Part shown: one piece after another, positions 47,141-56,821 of the stretch
Position numbering within the stretch: the first letter of the stretch is position 1
Layout of the letters: every line of letters starts with the position of its first letter
Assembly: GCA_014686905.1 (NCBI GenBank)
Contig: GCA_014686905.1_4093.1
DNA from: a phage
DNA length: 64,000 bases
Strand: one strand, 5' to 3'
Program-made: the position numbers and the translations under genes
Notes under the pieces: model-generated
Database searches by the model: none
Told to the model about the DNA's origin: nothing
The model's input: the letters and a program-made list of their open reading frames with translations, nothing else

Positions 47141-47569
47141 ATGAATATCGAACAAACTATCCGTGAACATTCTTTCTTCGCTCCAGAAACTGGTCGTGTT
47201 ATTGAGAGCGTCAAAATCGAAGAACTAATGGTCAATGTTAAATACAAAGAACCAAATGATGAGATTAGCAGTACTTTTTGTGCTCTACGTGCACCATTCC
47301 GTAATGAAAAAGCTAAGAAACCAGCATATGTTCTTGCCATTGCACTGGGTTGTGTTGTAAAACTTGCAGTTGATGAAAATCTTCTGAATATTAAAGTTGC
47401 ACCAAGCAATGACGATGAAAACATTGATTTGAACTTTGATGGTTCTCTTGATGAAGATGTATTTTTCCAACAGTCACTTGTTTACGACTTCCGTACAGTG
47501 ACACATTCTCACATCAAGTTCATTAATGAAATGGTTGAGATTGTTGCTGAATACGAAGAATCTCTCTAA
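47141..47569 (+). CDS. EE-x-F-Q-motif small protein family member
   Basis: C-terminal LDEDVFFQQSLVYDF; terminator downstream. Confidence 0.45.
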   Translation: MNIEQTIREHSFFAPETGRVIESVKIEELMVNVKYKEPNDEISSTFCALRAPFRNEKAKKPAYVLAIALGCVVKLAVDENLLNIKVAPSNDDENIDLNFDGSLDEDVFFQQSLVYDFRTVTHSHIKFINEMVEIVAEYEESL

Positions 47570-47577
47570 GTAAATAC

Positions 47578-47604
47578 AAAAGCCTCCATTATGGAGGCTT
47601 TTAT
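47578..47604 (+). terminator. rho-independent terminator
   Basis: AAGCCTCC-ATTAT-GGAGGCTT-TTAT. Confidence 0.6.
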
Positions 47605-47622
47605 CACATAAGGAAATGAAAT

Positions 47623-48174
47623 ATGATAGACCAAATTAAAATCCTTACAAAGCAAATCACTGATTTTCTTTCTGATAAAGATGGATTTAATACAGAAGTA
47701 AAAATGCACGGTGTTAGTGTTGATGTAATTGCACCAAATGGTAATGTAACAAGTTACGACATGTATGAATTACTTCTTTATACTCTAGCAGTACGTAAAC
47801 TAGGTAGTGATATTGAACTCAATATCAATACTGATGAAAGTGGGAATAAAATTTTTGCAATCAACACCAGTGCTAAATTCGATATCAGTACTGAAATTAA
47901 AAAAATAAATGAAAGTTTTATTGGCTTTAAGCATGAATCAATTCAAAGTGTTTTTATTGGAAAGCAAACTTCTAATAGTGAATGCCCATATTGTGTAATG
48001 ACTTTATATAAAGATGGAAACTGGATGCGTCAAGATTTAGTATTTGCTGAACTTCTGTATGCATTTACACATGAACTTAAAATCGAATTGGACGATAGTG
48101 TTTATTGCTTTAAGAAAATTCGAAATATAACTAAAGATATACAAACCCAACTTAAAGAATTAAATGATAAATAA
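47623..48174 (+). CDS. hypothetical protein
   Basis: 183-aa ORF. Confidence 0.4.
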   Translation: MIDQIKILTKQITDFLSDKDGFNTEVKMHGVSVDVIAPNGNVTSYDMYELLLYTLAVRKLGSDIELNINTDESGNKIFAINTSAKFDISTEIKKINESFIGFKHESIQSVFIGKQTSNSECPYCVMTLYKDGNWMRQDLVFAELLYAFTHELKIELDDSVYCFKKIRNITKDIQTQLKELNDK

Positions 48175-48289
48175 ATATACCAGAAATGGTTAACATATCA
48201 TGTTACTTTCCTCCCTTACATAATAATGATGCGTTATTATATTTTCATTTTGTTCTTATTCCCCTTTTGGTACAAAATCATTTTAGTAC

Positions 48290-48315
48290 TGCCCCGATCT
48301 TCGGGGCATTTTTCT
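48290..48315 (+). terminator. rho-independent terminator closing an ORF-free 160-bp interval
   Basis: TGCCCCGA-TCT-TCGGGGCA-TTTTTCTT. Confidence 0.65.
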
Positions 48316-48334
48316 TATCTAAAATTGAGGATAT

Positions 48335-48730
48335 ATGAAGAACAATATTGGAACTTCAATAATTAAACCACTTTCTTATTACCTTGAAAAATTTAGAAGC
48401 ACAAATGGTAATAAATTTAATAATATATTTCAGTTCTCTCATAAAGAATATATTACAATTGATCATTTTTCAAAGAAACTAATGTATGTAAATGATAATA
48501 GTCATATTATTAAATTATCATTCGATATTGAGTTAGATAAATTAACATTTACGGAATACATTAATCAAAAAACTTCTTTTTTATGTCAATACAATAGGAA
48601 AGTATATAGTAATATTTCTATGTATCTAAATGATGAATATCACTTTCAACAATCTACAATAGAAGAAGTATTGTTCAGTACTGAAGAATTAAAAGAACTA
48701 TATTACTGGTATAATTATTTCACATCTTGA
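48335..48730 (+). CDS. EE-x-F-Q-motif family member
   Basis: NDEYHFQQSTIEEV. Confidence 0.45.
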   Translation: MKNNIGTSIIKPLSYYLEKFRSTNGNKFNNIFQFSHKEYITIDHFSKKLMYVNDNSHIIKLSFDIELDKLTFTEYINQKTSFLCQYNRKVYSNISMYLNDEYHFQQSTIEEVLFSTEELKELYYWYNYFTS

Positions 48731-48755
48731 CATTATTGTGGGTTTATCCTACAAT
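48727..48755 (+). promoter_or_regulatory. sigma70-like promoter
   Basis: TTGACA-17-TACAAT. Confidence 0.55.
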
Positions 48756-48785
48756 ACATGATGATGCTGCATTGAGGATAAATTT

Positions 48786-49196
48786 ATGAGTTTAGATTTA
48801 CACAATGAACTAAAATATTTTTTAGATTTGGACATATCAGAATTGAACCACCACGTCAATCATATGACTAGTACTGTATGGTGGTCTAATGAACAAGACG
48901 ACCCAATTATCCAACTAAGTGATGAATCGTCAATTATGCGATTTTATAAGATTAATTATAAAAAGAACATCAAGATCACATATGTACCATACAAAAACAT
49001 ATTACTAGTCGAAACACTTAATCCAAGTTCTTTATTAAAAATCACCGATTTAGATACATTACAAACAAGTGAATCTTTATTCCAACGTTCATTAGTTGAT
49101 GATCTTGGTGGTATTACTTTTGAAGATATATTACAATTGAAGAATATGTATAGTGAATTGTTGGAGATTAAAAACACTTTAGTAATGGGGAATTGA
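48786..49196 (+). CDS. EE-x-F-Q-motif family member
   Basis: TSESLFQRSLVDDLGGITFEDI. Confidence 0.45.
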   Translation: MSLDLHNELKYFLDLDISELNHHVNHMTSTVWWSNEQDDPIIQLSDESSIMRFYKINYKKNIKITYVPYKNILLVETLNPSSLLKITDLDTLQTSESLFQRSLVDDLGGITFEDILQLKNMYSELLEIKNTLVMGN

Positions 49197-49197
49197 T

Positions 49198-49602
49198 ATG
49201 GTAAGTTTACTAGATATTGATAATACCAGTTTAGTGCTGGTGAAAAAAGGTTTAATTCCAAATTCTAAAAAAATTGATTATGCTGTTATTGAAACAAATA
49301 TTGGAAATATCTGGTACGACTCTGAAAGGGATATTGTGTTTAGCTGTGTAGACAGTGATCGTTCTGAATGTTGTAGAGTCGGTCATGACGGACAATTTGT
49401 TTTTGAATTTCGTTATTGGAAGAACGCAAAATTTCACCAAGAACTGGTTGCTTTGTCAAATGAACTATATACAGAAGAATCGTTCTTCATGGCTAGTACT
49501 ATTAATGATTTTGGTTCAGTTACATTTGAGTACTATAAAAAAATATACGCACTATCCAGAGAAGTTATGAAAATTATCAGAACTGCTGAAGGTAAAGAAT
49601 AA
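49198..49602 (+). CDS. EE-x-F-Q-motif family member (degenerate motif)
   Basis: TEESFFMASTINDFGSVTFEY. Confidence 0.45.
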   Translation: MVSLLDIDNTSLVLVKKGLIPNSKKIDYAVIETNIGNIWYDSERDIVFSCVDSDRSECCRVGHDGQFVFEFRYWKNAKFHQELVALSNELYTEESFFMASTINDFGSVTFEYYKKIYALSREVMKIIRTAEGKE

Positions 49603-49603
49603 C

Positions 49604-49981
49604 ATGACTACTATATATGATATTTTGGGTGTTCTGAGTAGAAATATAGATGATGATTTTGTTATTGTTCAAGATACTAGAAATACATTTCAACTACCAA
49701 TAGGTTCACCAGATAGGTTAATTTTTAATAGATACTCAAATGAACTAACTTACATCCATGATGGGATTGCAATTGTATCAGTTTCTATAAACGACTATAC
49801 AATACGATATGTATATGACTTCAACGATTATTGTACAAGAATCCACAGTATTGATATTTCCGAAGAGGAACTATTCCAATTGTCATTGATTGAGAAAAAT
49901 GTAATAGGAATTACAGAAATTGGTATTATTAAAAAAGCATTAAACTATACAAATATAAGAATTAATGGTGGGTGCAGATGA
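49604..49981 (+). CDS. EE-x-F-Q-motif family member
   Basis: SEEELFQLSLIEKNVIGITEI. Confidence 0.45.
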   Translation: MTTIYDILGVLSRNIDDDFVIVQDTRNTFQLPIGSPDRLIFNRYSNELTYIHDGIAIVSVSINDYTIRYVYDFNDYCTRIHSIDISEEELFQLSLIEKNVIGITEIGIIKKALNYTNIRINGGCR

Positions 49982-50433
49982 ATGTTGACGAAATAAAAAA
50001 TCATTTTGAAATTGCAATGTCATGTGAATTTGACACACAACGTGTTCATGACCCGAAAGAACATATACGCATTTGTTGTGAATTGTCAGATGATTGTAAT
50101 ATTTTTATTGGAAAAACCTATGACATGATCGATCTTTCATGTATAGATCCATTGGAAAGAAAAACAAAATATTTATATCTGTACAACACAACATCAGATA
50201 CGATTGCAATACAACTAATATCAACCACAACATCCCACAGTTATTATAACATAACTGAGGTTAGTAGTTTAACGTTAACCGAAGAAGGATTCTTTCAACA
50301 ATCGCTTATTCGTGAAATTGGTGTTAGTTATGATGAGTTAAATGTATTAGTAGATTGTTTCGAAAAATTGAGTACTTTTGTATTATCCCTTTTTAATATA
50401 CAGTCGCAAAATCCAATGGTGGTGAAATGCTAA
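49978..50433 (+). CDS. EE-x-F-Q-motif family member
   Basis: TEEGFFQQSLIREIGVSYDEL; ATG overlaps upstream stop. Confidence 0.45.
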   Translation: MNVDEIKNHFEIAMSCEFDTQRVHDPKEHIRICCELSDDCNIFIGKTYDMIDLSCIDPLERKTKYLYLYNTTSDTIAIQLISTTTSHSYYNITEVSSLTLTEEGFFQQSLIREIGVSYDELNVLVDCFEKLSTFVLSLFNIQSQNPMVVKC

Positions 50434-50867
50434 ATCCAAGTAAATTTCTCCACTTACTTTCGATAACATCAATACCGGATCTTACCAGTGAAACTAATGA
50501 ATATCGTGAAGCTGGGGTGGTGTCTATGGAACTCGATACATTTGACCACAAATGCTATGTGACATATGACCCACCGCGTTATGGTAAAGAACATTCTTCT
50601 TTTATTTTTGTATTCGTATACACTGTATATGATAATACAACACTTGATGATGTTTGTATTGACACTTACGAAATTTGTGATAATATCATAACTGATGACA
50701 ACAATAACTCATTTGATATGTCACTATATAACACAGAAGAATCGTTGTTTCAACTTAGTACTGTTATTGATGCACCATCATTAGAAGATATAAAACAATT
50801 TCAAGAACATCTTGACGCAGTTCGTGAGATGTTCTATAATCATTATCCAGAAGTAGAGTTCAATTAA
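50427..50867 (+). CDS. EE-x-F-Q-motif family member
   Basis: TEESLFQLSTVIDAPSLEDI. Confidence 0.45.
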   Translation: MLNPSKFLHLLSITSIPDLTSETNEYREAGVVSMELDTFDHKCYVTYDPPRYGKEHSSFIFVFVYTVYDNTTLDDVCIDTYEICDNIITDDNNNSFDMSLYNTEESLFQLSTVIDAPSLEDIKQFQEHLDAVREMFYNHYPEVEFN

Positions 50868-50881
50868 CTAAAGGTAATAAG

Positions 50882-51142
50882 ATGACTAAAGTAGTTCGTA
50901 AACGCCACATGATGAACATGGATGAATTTCGTACATTTGACAAATATCGTACTATGTTTCGTATGCTTTCACAGGGCCGTCCAATCGTCATTGTAACAGA
51001 GAATTACATGTCACCTGAGATTATGTTTGGTAATTATGAAAAGGTCTTCATGTTGTACGTGAAGCGTGGATTACTTACAATCAAGACATTAGCTGAAGCA
51101 ACTGATGAAGATATGGATGGTGATAATACCTTTACCATGTGA
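50882..51142 (+). CDS. hypothetical protein
   Basis: 86-aa ORF. Confidence 0.35.
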   Translation: MTKVVRKRHMMNMDEFRTFDKYRTMFRMLSQGRPIVIVTENYMSPEIMFGNYEKVFMLYVKRGLLTIKTLAEATDEDMDGDNTFTM

Positions 51143-51220
51143 GGAAATATATGTCTGAAAAGCCAAAAGAACCATTAGATCGTGATGATGATTTTTATGA
51201 CGAACGATATGGAGATGATG

Positions 51221-51472
51221 ATGAGTGAACATAGTGCTGTGCTTAAAAAGATTTTAAAGGAACTTGATGGTGAGTTTAATGTCACAGAAGAAGAATATCA
51301 GCATTGGAAGAAAGGTTTTGAACAACTAACCGAGTATGATAAAGTGTTCAATATGATTGGTGTAATTAGCCAGTACTTACTCGGTGGAGGACGTGCAAGT
51401 GCTTCAATTCTGGCATCTGCAATCATCTGTACATCACGATGGTGTGATGAAAAAAGTTTGGAAGATTTCTAA
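51221..51472 (+). CDS. hypothetical small protein
   Basis: Track ORF 51182 (GTG); likely start in ATG run 51215-51221; a 25-aa acidic upstream ORF (51151..51228) overlaps. Confidence 0.3.
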   Translation: MSEHSAVLKKILKELDGEFNVTEEEYQHWKKGFEQLTEYDKVFNMIGVISQYLLGGGRASASILASAIICTSRWCDEKSLEDF

Positions 51473-51487
51473 ATAAGATGCTATAAT
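51458..51487 (+). promoter_or_regulatory. sigma70-like promoter upstream of C5 methyltransferase
   Basis: TTGGAA-18-TGcTATAAT. Confidence 0.5.
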
Positions 51488-51524
51488 ATATTATAGTACC
51501 TTAACAATATAAAAAGGATTTTAT

Positions 51525-52385
51525 ATGAAACCTATCCGAGTACTTTCTCTTTTTAATGGAATGAGTGTGGGATATATGGCATTGCAAGATGCTGGTATCC
51601 CAGTTGAAAAATATTATTCATCCGAAATTGACAAGTACGCAATAGCTGAATCTCAATCTAACTTTCCTGATATTATCCAATTGGGTGATGTAACTAAGTG
51701 GAGAGAATGGGATATTGAGTGGGACAAAATAGATTTATTAATGGGTGGTTTCCCATGCCAAGCCTGGTCAGTTGCAGGTAAACAGGGTGGTTTAAATGAT
51801 ATACGTGGGCAGTTATTTTTAGTAATGGTTGAAATTTTTGATCATATCAAAAGTCTCAATCCTAACTTGAAATTTCTGTTTGAAAATGTTAAAATGAAGG
51901 AAGATTTCAAAGAATACATTAATAGTATTTTAGGAATCACGCCAGTACTGATAAACTCCCAGCATTATACGCCTCACTTCAGGCAGAGATATTACTGGTA
52001 CAGTACTGATAAGCTTTTTATACCACCTGCATTATCCAATGCACCTAAACTTCAAGATATTATTGAAGATGGTTGGTACACTGACAGAACCGCTTCGTAC
52101 TGTATAGATGCTAACTATTTTAAAGGTGGTGATTGTAACCAGTACTTTAATAAATCCAGACGACAATTGGTGTTTCGTGACCCAGTGATCAGTCGTCAAT
52201 ATCTATTAGAGAATGGCAAAAGAAATATTGACTATAGACACTTAAGTGTAGTAGAATGTTGTAAATTACAGGGTGTTCCTGAAGATTTCTTTAAAGTGTC
52301 TAGTAAGACACAAGCATACAAAATGCTTGGGAATGGATGGACTATGCCAGTTATATCACATTTACTAAGAGAGATATTCTTTTGA
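51525..52385 (+). CDS. DNA (cytosine-5)-methyltransferase
   Basis: Motif I LFNGMSVG, IV GGFPCQAWS, VI FLFENV, VIII HFRQRYYW, X LGNGWTMPV; 286 aa, short target-recognition region. Confidence 0.88.
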   Translation: MKPIRVLSLFNGMSVGYMALQDAGIPVEKYYSSEIDKYAIAESQSNFPDIIQLGDVTKWREWDIEWDKIDLLMGGFPCQAWSVAGKQGGLNDIRGQLFLVMVEIFDHIKSLNPNLKFLFENVKMKEDFKEYINSILGITPVLINSQHYTPHFRQRYYWYSTDKLFIPPALSNAPKLQDIIEDGWYTDRTASYCIDANYFKGGDCNQYFNKSRRQLVFRDPVISRQYLLENGKRNIDYRHLSVVECCKLQGVPEDFFKVSSKTQAYKMLGNGWTMPVISHLLREIFF

Positions 52386-52867
52386 ACATAAACAAATACC
52401 AAACTTATATAAAACGTACAGAAAGTTTCAAACGGCTGGCTGTAAAATCTGAATTAGAATTTAATTTGTATTATCCTAATATTGGTGATGAGGTATTTTA
52501 TTGCTCTCATTCAAAGAATGGAACTTTACTTAAATCGGGTAAAGGAACTATTGTTGATATGACCGCAAATTTCAGAGGTAAACTTAATGTAATGTACAAA
52601 GTACAAGATTCAAGTACTGAGTGTATTCATGAAGTGATGCATAACATACCTGCATATCCAAAAGATTTTGTTCAGCTAATATCTCGAAGGGAGAAACCTA
52701 TGTTTTATTGTGGTTACGACAAATTAACCAAACAAATTATTCCTAATACTATGGGAAAATTTAAAAGTGATGTGAAATCTGAACTTGAAAAGAAATTTGG
52801 CACGTCATGGGAAACTGAAAACGAGTTTATCGAAATTCGTTTAATTGAAATTACTATACTTGAATAA
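52337..52867 (+). CDS. hypothetical protein (start uncertain)
   Basis: ORF overlaps methyltransferase 3' end by 49 nt in another frame. Confidence 0.3.
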   Translation: MDYASYITFTKRDILLNINKYQTYIKRTESFKRLAVKSELEFNLYYPNIGDEVFYCSHSKNGTLLKSGKGTIVDMTANFRGKLNVMYKVQDSSTECIHEVMHNIPAYPKDFVQLISRREKPMFYCGYDKLTKQIIPNTMGKFKSDVKSELEKKFGTSWETENEFIEIRLIEITILE

Positions 52868-52871
52868 TTAC

Positions 52872-52896
52872 AAATCCACGCATTGCGTGGATTTTT
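52872..52896 (+). terminator. rho-independent terminator
   Basis: AAATCCACGC-ATT-GCGTGGATTT-TTC. Confidence 0.55.
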
Positions 52897-52909
52897 CATA
52901 GGTGCATAT

Positions 52910-53425
52910 ATGCCAATTCCTTATGTTAAAATTATTAATAATATTCTCGATTCATGGGAAGATGTTATTACTGGTAAAAAGAAACCATCACCAGTACATG
53001 CTTTATCTGGGAAACTTCAATTCAGAATGTCAAACCAAACTGAAACATTTAATAATCATGATATTTGCATTACATTAAAAACACCTGTTAGTATTGTAAT
53101 TAAAAAAAATAAAGATGATGAATTGACATTATCTATTGGTCGTGATAAAATCATTTTAAGTAATTTGTCTGAAGAAGAATTCTTTCAACGTAGTACTATC
53201 ATCGATATGAAAGATTTCACATATGAATCATTGGTTGAACTCAATACACGTTTTAACGATATTCAGGAACGATTGCGACCAATTCTTCGTATCGAAGAAG
53301 AAGCCTGGATTGAAAGTATTAGGAAGATGCAAGAAATGTTGAAAGAAAATATTAACAATCTGGGTAAAGCTACAATGGAATTTGGTAAAACTTTTAAACT
53401 GAACTTTTCAAAGGATCGTAAATGA
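52910..53425 (+). CDS. EE-x-F-Q-motif family member
   Basis: SEEEFFQRSTIIDMKDFTYESL; track ORF 52883 starts TTG inside terminator. Confidence 0.45.
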   Translation: MPIPYVKIINNILDSWEDVITGKKKPSPVHALSGKLQFRMSNQTETFNNHDICITLKTPVSIVIKKNKDDELTLSIGRDKIILSNLSEEEFFQRSTIIDMKDFTYESLVELNTRFNDIQERLRPILRIEEEAWIESIRKMQEMLKENINNLGKATMEFGKTFKLNFSKDRK

Positions 53426-53877
53426 AAATTGATAATTTGATTCATGTTTTAGGATCTTTACATAAAATATTATCACATCTACATGAGATAAAGAAACTGG
53501 GATTTAACATCTCAAATTCAATTGAAACTACATTTAAATATCAATCAATTACTGGTGATGGTTATTACATAATCGAATATACTTATGAAACCGATCCAGA
53601 CTTCTATCCTCTTACGTTGAGAATTTATCCAACAAATCCGAGAGGAATTCACGACATATCATCAATTTCACTTGATCCAGATGGTGAAACGAGTATTGAA
53701 TACAATAATGATTCAAAACCAGAATTTTACATTGATGATATTAAAATGATGTTCAACGATGAATATGTTTTCCAACAAAGTACTGTGCATGATGTTGGAA
53801 GTACTAATGGACAATTTTGGAATACGTGTTATTATCATATGATTGAAATTTGTAAATTACTAAAAGGCGATGATTAA
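53422..53877 (+). CDS. EE-x-F-Q-motif family member
   Basis: NDEYVFQQSTVHDVGS. Confidence 0.45.
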   Translation: MKIDNLIHVLGSLHKILSHLHEIKKLGFNISNSIETTFKYQSITGDGYYIIEYTYETDPDFYPLTLRIYPTNPRGIHDISSISLDPDGETSIEYNNDSKPEFYIDDIKMMFNDEYVFQQSTVHDVGSTNGQFWNTCYYHMIEICKLLKGDD

Positions 53878-54260
53878 TGAAATACAGCATTGAAGTACAT
53901 TACACTACAGGGGACACTGAAACTGAAGATTCAGTTACCAATACATTGGATGTTCAATGGGAATCAAAGGATGAGGCAGTTGTAGCATTACAGTCGTTGA
54001 AAGAGCATTGGGTATTCTTTAAGAAACTCGATGATGCATATAGTAACGAACGTGCGACAATAATCGATGAAGCCAAACATAAAGAATGGTTTGATCCAAT
54101 GTCATGTGAATTCTCTTTCTTTGTAAAAATTGGAGATGAAAAAATTCCAGTACGTACACCGTGGAACGGCTACTTTGAAACTCTTCATAATGCACGAGTT
54201 GTCGCTGTTGATAATCCTGAACAAATCGATTTCGATTCATTGGACTGGAAAAAACTATGA
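53877..54260 (+). CDS. hypothetical protein
   Basis: 127 aa, TAATG overlap. Confidence 0.4.
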   Translation: MKYSIEVHYTTGDTETEDSVTNTLDVQWESKDEAVVALQSLKEHWVFFKKLDDAYSNERATIIDEAKHKEWFDPMSCEFSFFVKIGDEKIPVRTPWNGYFETLHNARVVAVDNPEQIDFDSLDWKKL

Positions 54261-54700
54261 CAGTACTGCACCAATTAAAGAAGGTTAAGCATCCAGTTGT
54301 ATACGAGGATTGGAAACGACAGAAGTTGATGGGTGATTTTTATTTCCCAAAATCTAAAGTTCTTGCGAATTCAAGATGTACATATTTCAAACATAATGAT
54401 AAAGATACAGTATTTGTTGAAATGGGTTTCAATCCATCAAATACAATGTTCAGCACTAACCAAACATTTTACAAATTTCATATCCAAAAAGATTCATTTT
54501 CTATCATGATTTTAAAACTTTTAGTTGAAGATCTGCTATACCGTGGTGAACGTGTTCCTTTATCATTAGTGGATATTCCTTATAATAATTTAGAGGAAAT
54601 GTACTTCCAACAGTTGACAATACAAGAAGACTTTGGTATGATAGGACTTCAAGAGTTAGAGATGATTAAACAAATTCGTGATATCTACTTTAAGGAGTAA
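54257..54700 (+). CDS. EE-x-F-Q-motif family member
   Basis: LEEMYFQQLTIQEDFGMIGLQEL. Confidence 0.45.
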   Translation: MTVLHQLKKVKHPVVYEDWKRQKLMGDFYFPKSKVLANSRCTYFKHNDKDTVFVEMGFNPSNTMFSTNQTFYKFHIQKDSFSIMILKLLVEDLLYRGERVPLSLVDIPYNNLEEMYFQQLTIQEDFGMIGLQELEMIKQIRDIYFKE

Positions 54701-54702
54701 CT

Positions 54703-54846
54703 ATGCCAGTACGTAACAGTACTTCACGCTTTACGCTTCAACAGAAAGCAGATCTTTTGAATATGGCAAACAAAGATTCTAATTTTCACTATCTAGTGCT
54801 CGGTGGGTCAGTAGAAAAGATTGACCTACGTGAGTGTATGAAATAA
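54703..54846 (+). CDS. possible small protein (47 aa)
   Basis: Untracked ORF with strong AAGGAG RBS 7 nt upstream. Confidence 0.35.
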   Translation: MPVRNSTSRFTLQQKADLLNMANKDSNFHYLVLGGSVEKIDLRECMK

Positions 54847-54860
54847 CAAAAGGGGCTAAA

Positions 54861-55031
54861 ATGAGTCTACGTGAATCATGGGAACAATTTAAAGAAGAGA
54901 TTGGTTATCGTGGTGTTAAGATTGAACCAATCAATCGTACTGAAAGCATCAAAGCTAGTACTAATGGTACTACCTATGATCGTTATGATGAAAAGTATGG
55001 TTTACATTCTAAACCAAAGGATACTGAGTAA
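54861..55031 (+). CDS. possible small protein (56 aa)
   Basis: Track ORF 54834; ATG 54861 after AAAGGGG. Confidence 0.3.
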   Translation: MSLRESWEQFKEEIGYRGVKIEPINRTESIKASTNGTTYDRYDEKYGLHSKPKDTE

Positions 55032-55170
55032 TGGTGTATATTAATATTTTTACTGGTATTATGCGTAAATTTATTAATGGTACTGGATACGTATCTAATG
55101 ACAACGGTAGTACATGGATAAAAAATAATACGTCTGAATCTTTAGTAAAAAGTCTTCCGTATTATAAAGC

Positions 55171-55199
55171 TTGACACATGAAAATGGAGTATGTATAAT
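55171..55199 (+). promoter_or_regulatory. consensus sigma70 promoter
   Basis: TTGACA-17-TATAAT. Confidence 0.65.
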
Positions 55200-55231
55200 A
55201 CTCCTATATTAATTAAACGAGGATATACGAA

Positions 55232-55804
55232 ATGGCTGGTGTTGATAAAATTTGTGAATTCAGTTCAGATTATGAAGGTTACGAGATGTACAAGTCCAAG
55301 CGTAATCACATTCAAGTACTGTCAAAGTACCGTAAAGAATTCCGAGGCCACAAAGCAACATTGTATGTTTTTGAGAATGGATATTCTGAAGTTTTCACAA
55401 GTGGTGGGTACAGTACAGCTAACATGGCACATATCAACCCAAACCCAACTGAAGATGATTGGAATAGTGGTAACGCTTTTCGTATTTCAATTTTGAATAA
55501 AATGAATCGTTACGACCGTTATTGTACATTCTTTGAAAATATTTCAGAATACAAGCAAGCATTAAAGAAATATAATCAACGCTTACTAATGAATTATGAT
55601 TACATTCTTCATGTGCCAACTGTTCCAGGTCAGGTTAATGGTCTGTATACGAATAGTACACATGATTTAACTGCGGTGAAGCGTCGCCTCAAACGTATGT
55701 TGGGTTGTCGTAATTTAACAATCAAGGTTGTGCGTAATGAATCAATGTATAACTTTTTAGATGTACTACACTACACATTGAAGGATAATAATGGAAACGA
55801 TTAA
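55232..55804 (+). CDS. hypothetical protein
   Basis: 190 aa, consensus promoter upstream. Confidence 0.45.
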   Translation: MAGVDKICEFSSDYEGYEMYKSKRNHIQVLSKYRKEFRGHKATLYVFENGYSEVFTSGGYSTANMAHINPNPTEDDWNSGNAFRISILNKMNRYDRYCTFFENISEYKQALKKYNQRLLMNYDYILHVPTVPGQVNGLYTNSTHDLTAVKRRLKRMLGCRNLTIKVVRNESMYNFLDVLHYTLKDNNGND

Positions 55805-55988
55805 GTTTATGTTTGAGGTGTTTGTTGCATTCATCTTATGTGCTGTATCTATTACTATTGCTTTAATCCCAGTAATCGTTTACCAAGTTAATGGTGGGAC
55901 AGATCCAACAATTGATATTTTACTTCGTTGTTTCGGGTTTTTTATATGGTTGGCGATGTTTATGTACTACATGCATCTTGAGGATTGA
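55791..55988 (+). CDS. small membrane protein
   Basis: 65 aa, two hydrophobic helices. Confidence 0.35.
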   Translation: METIKFMFEVFVAFILCAVSITIALIPVIVYQVNGGTDPTIDILLRCFGFFIWLAMFMYYMHLED

Positions 55989-55990
55989 TT

Positions 55991-56821
55991 ATGTCATTAG
56001 AAAAAATAATCATTTCTGAATTCCGAAAGTATATCATGGATTGTGATAGAGATGTACAGCGTAAGTTCAATGAGTACCTTGACAAATATCCGTATTTGAT
56101 GTTTAATCCGTTTGAAACTGATGATGATTTATATCTTGGTTTTTACATAGGATTTACTCAACGAATTCTTCATAAAGATGAAATGAAACAATCTGAGATT
56201 TGGGTAGAAACTGACTCATCCGAGTCTAATGTTTTTTATCTTTATACATATTATGCCGAAATTGTTAGAGATACGACACCTGATGGTTGTCTATTTGTAC
56301 AATCTTCTGATATTGAAAGAATATATATCGAACCTGTATCTTTAGATATGGTTGCACAGCTTCCAACTATCCAACAGCTAGGTGCAGACGAATTAACTTA
56401 TTCTGTATTTGAATATCTAGGTAGAGATGATTTGACTCAAGAAATTGATAAAATGGTTTCTAAATATACTTCATCACTTATTTCGAATGGTAAACTTAAA
56501 TTAGAATTAATTTTTGAAGATACTAGTATTAATCCAGTAAGAGGGGTTACAATTGGAAAAGTTACCATACGTGTTGTTTACGATAATGAAGTACTAGGAT
56601 ATATTTCAAAATGTGGACATGATTTATGTATAATTAGTACATTCGTTATTTCTCGTAAAAAATGGAATGATTTAATGCAAAAAATCGTGGACGGCAGTAA
56701 AATTCGTGATATAATATGTAATGACATGGTAATTATGAATCCTGATGTTGACTGTGATGTATATTTTCCAGTTCCTGGATTTACACGAGAAAACTTTAGT
56801 AAATTGAAGGATACGAAATGA
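55991..56821 (+). CDS. hypothetical protein
   Basis: Track ORF 55985 (TTG); ATG 55991 after GAGG. Confidence 0.45.
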   Translation: MSLEKIIISEFRKYIMDCDRDVQRKFNEYLDKYPYLMFNPFETDDDLYLGFYIGFTQRILHKDEMKQSEIWVETDSSESNVFYLYTYYAEIVRDTTPDGCLFVQSSDIERIYIEPVSLDMVAQLPTIQQLGADELTYSVFEYLGRDDLTQEIDKMVSKYTSSLISNGKLKLELIFEDTSINPVRGVTIGKVTIRVVYDNEVLGYISKCGHDLCIISTFVISRKKWNDLMQKIVDGSKIRDIICNDMVIMNPDVDCDVYFPVPGFTRENFSKLKDTK

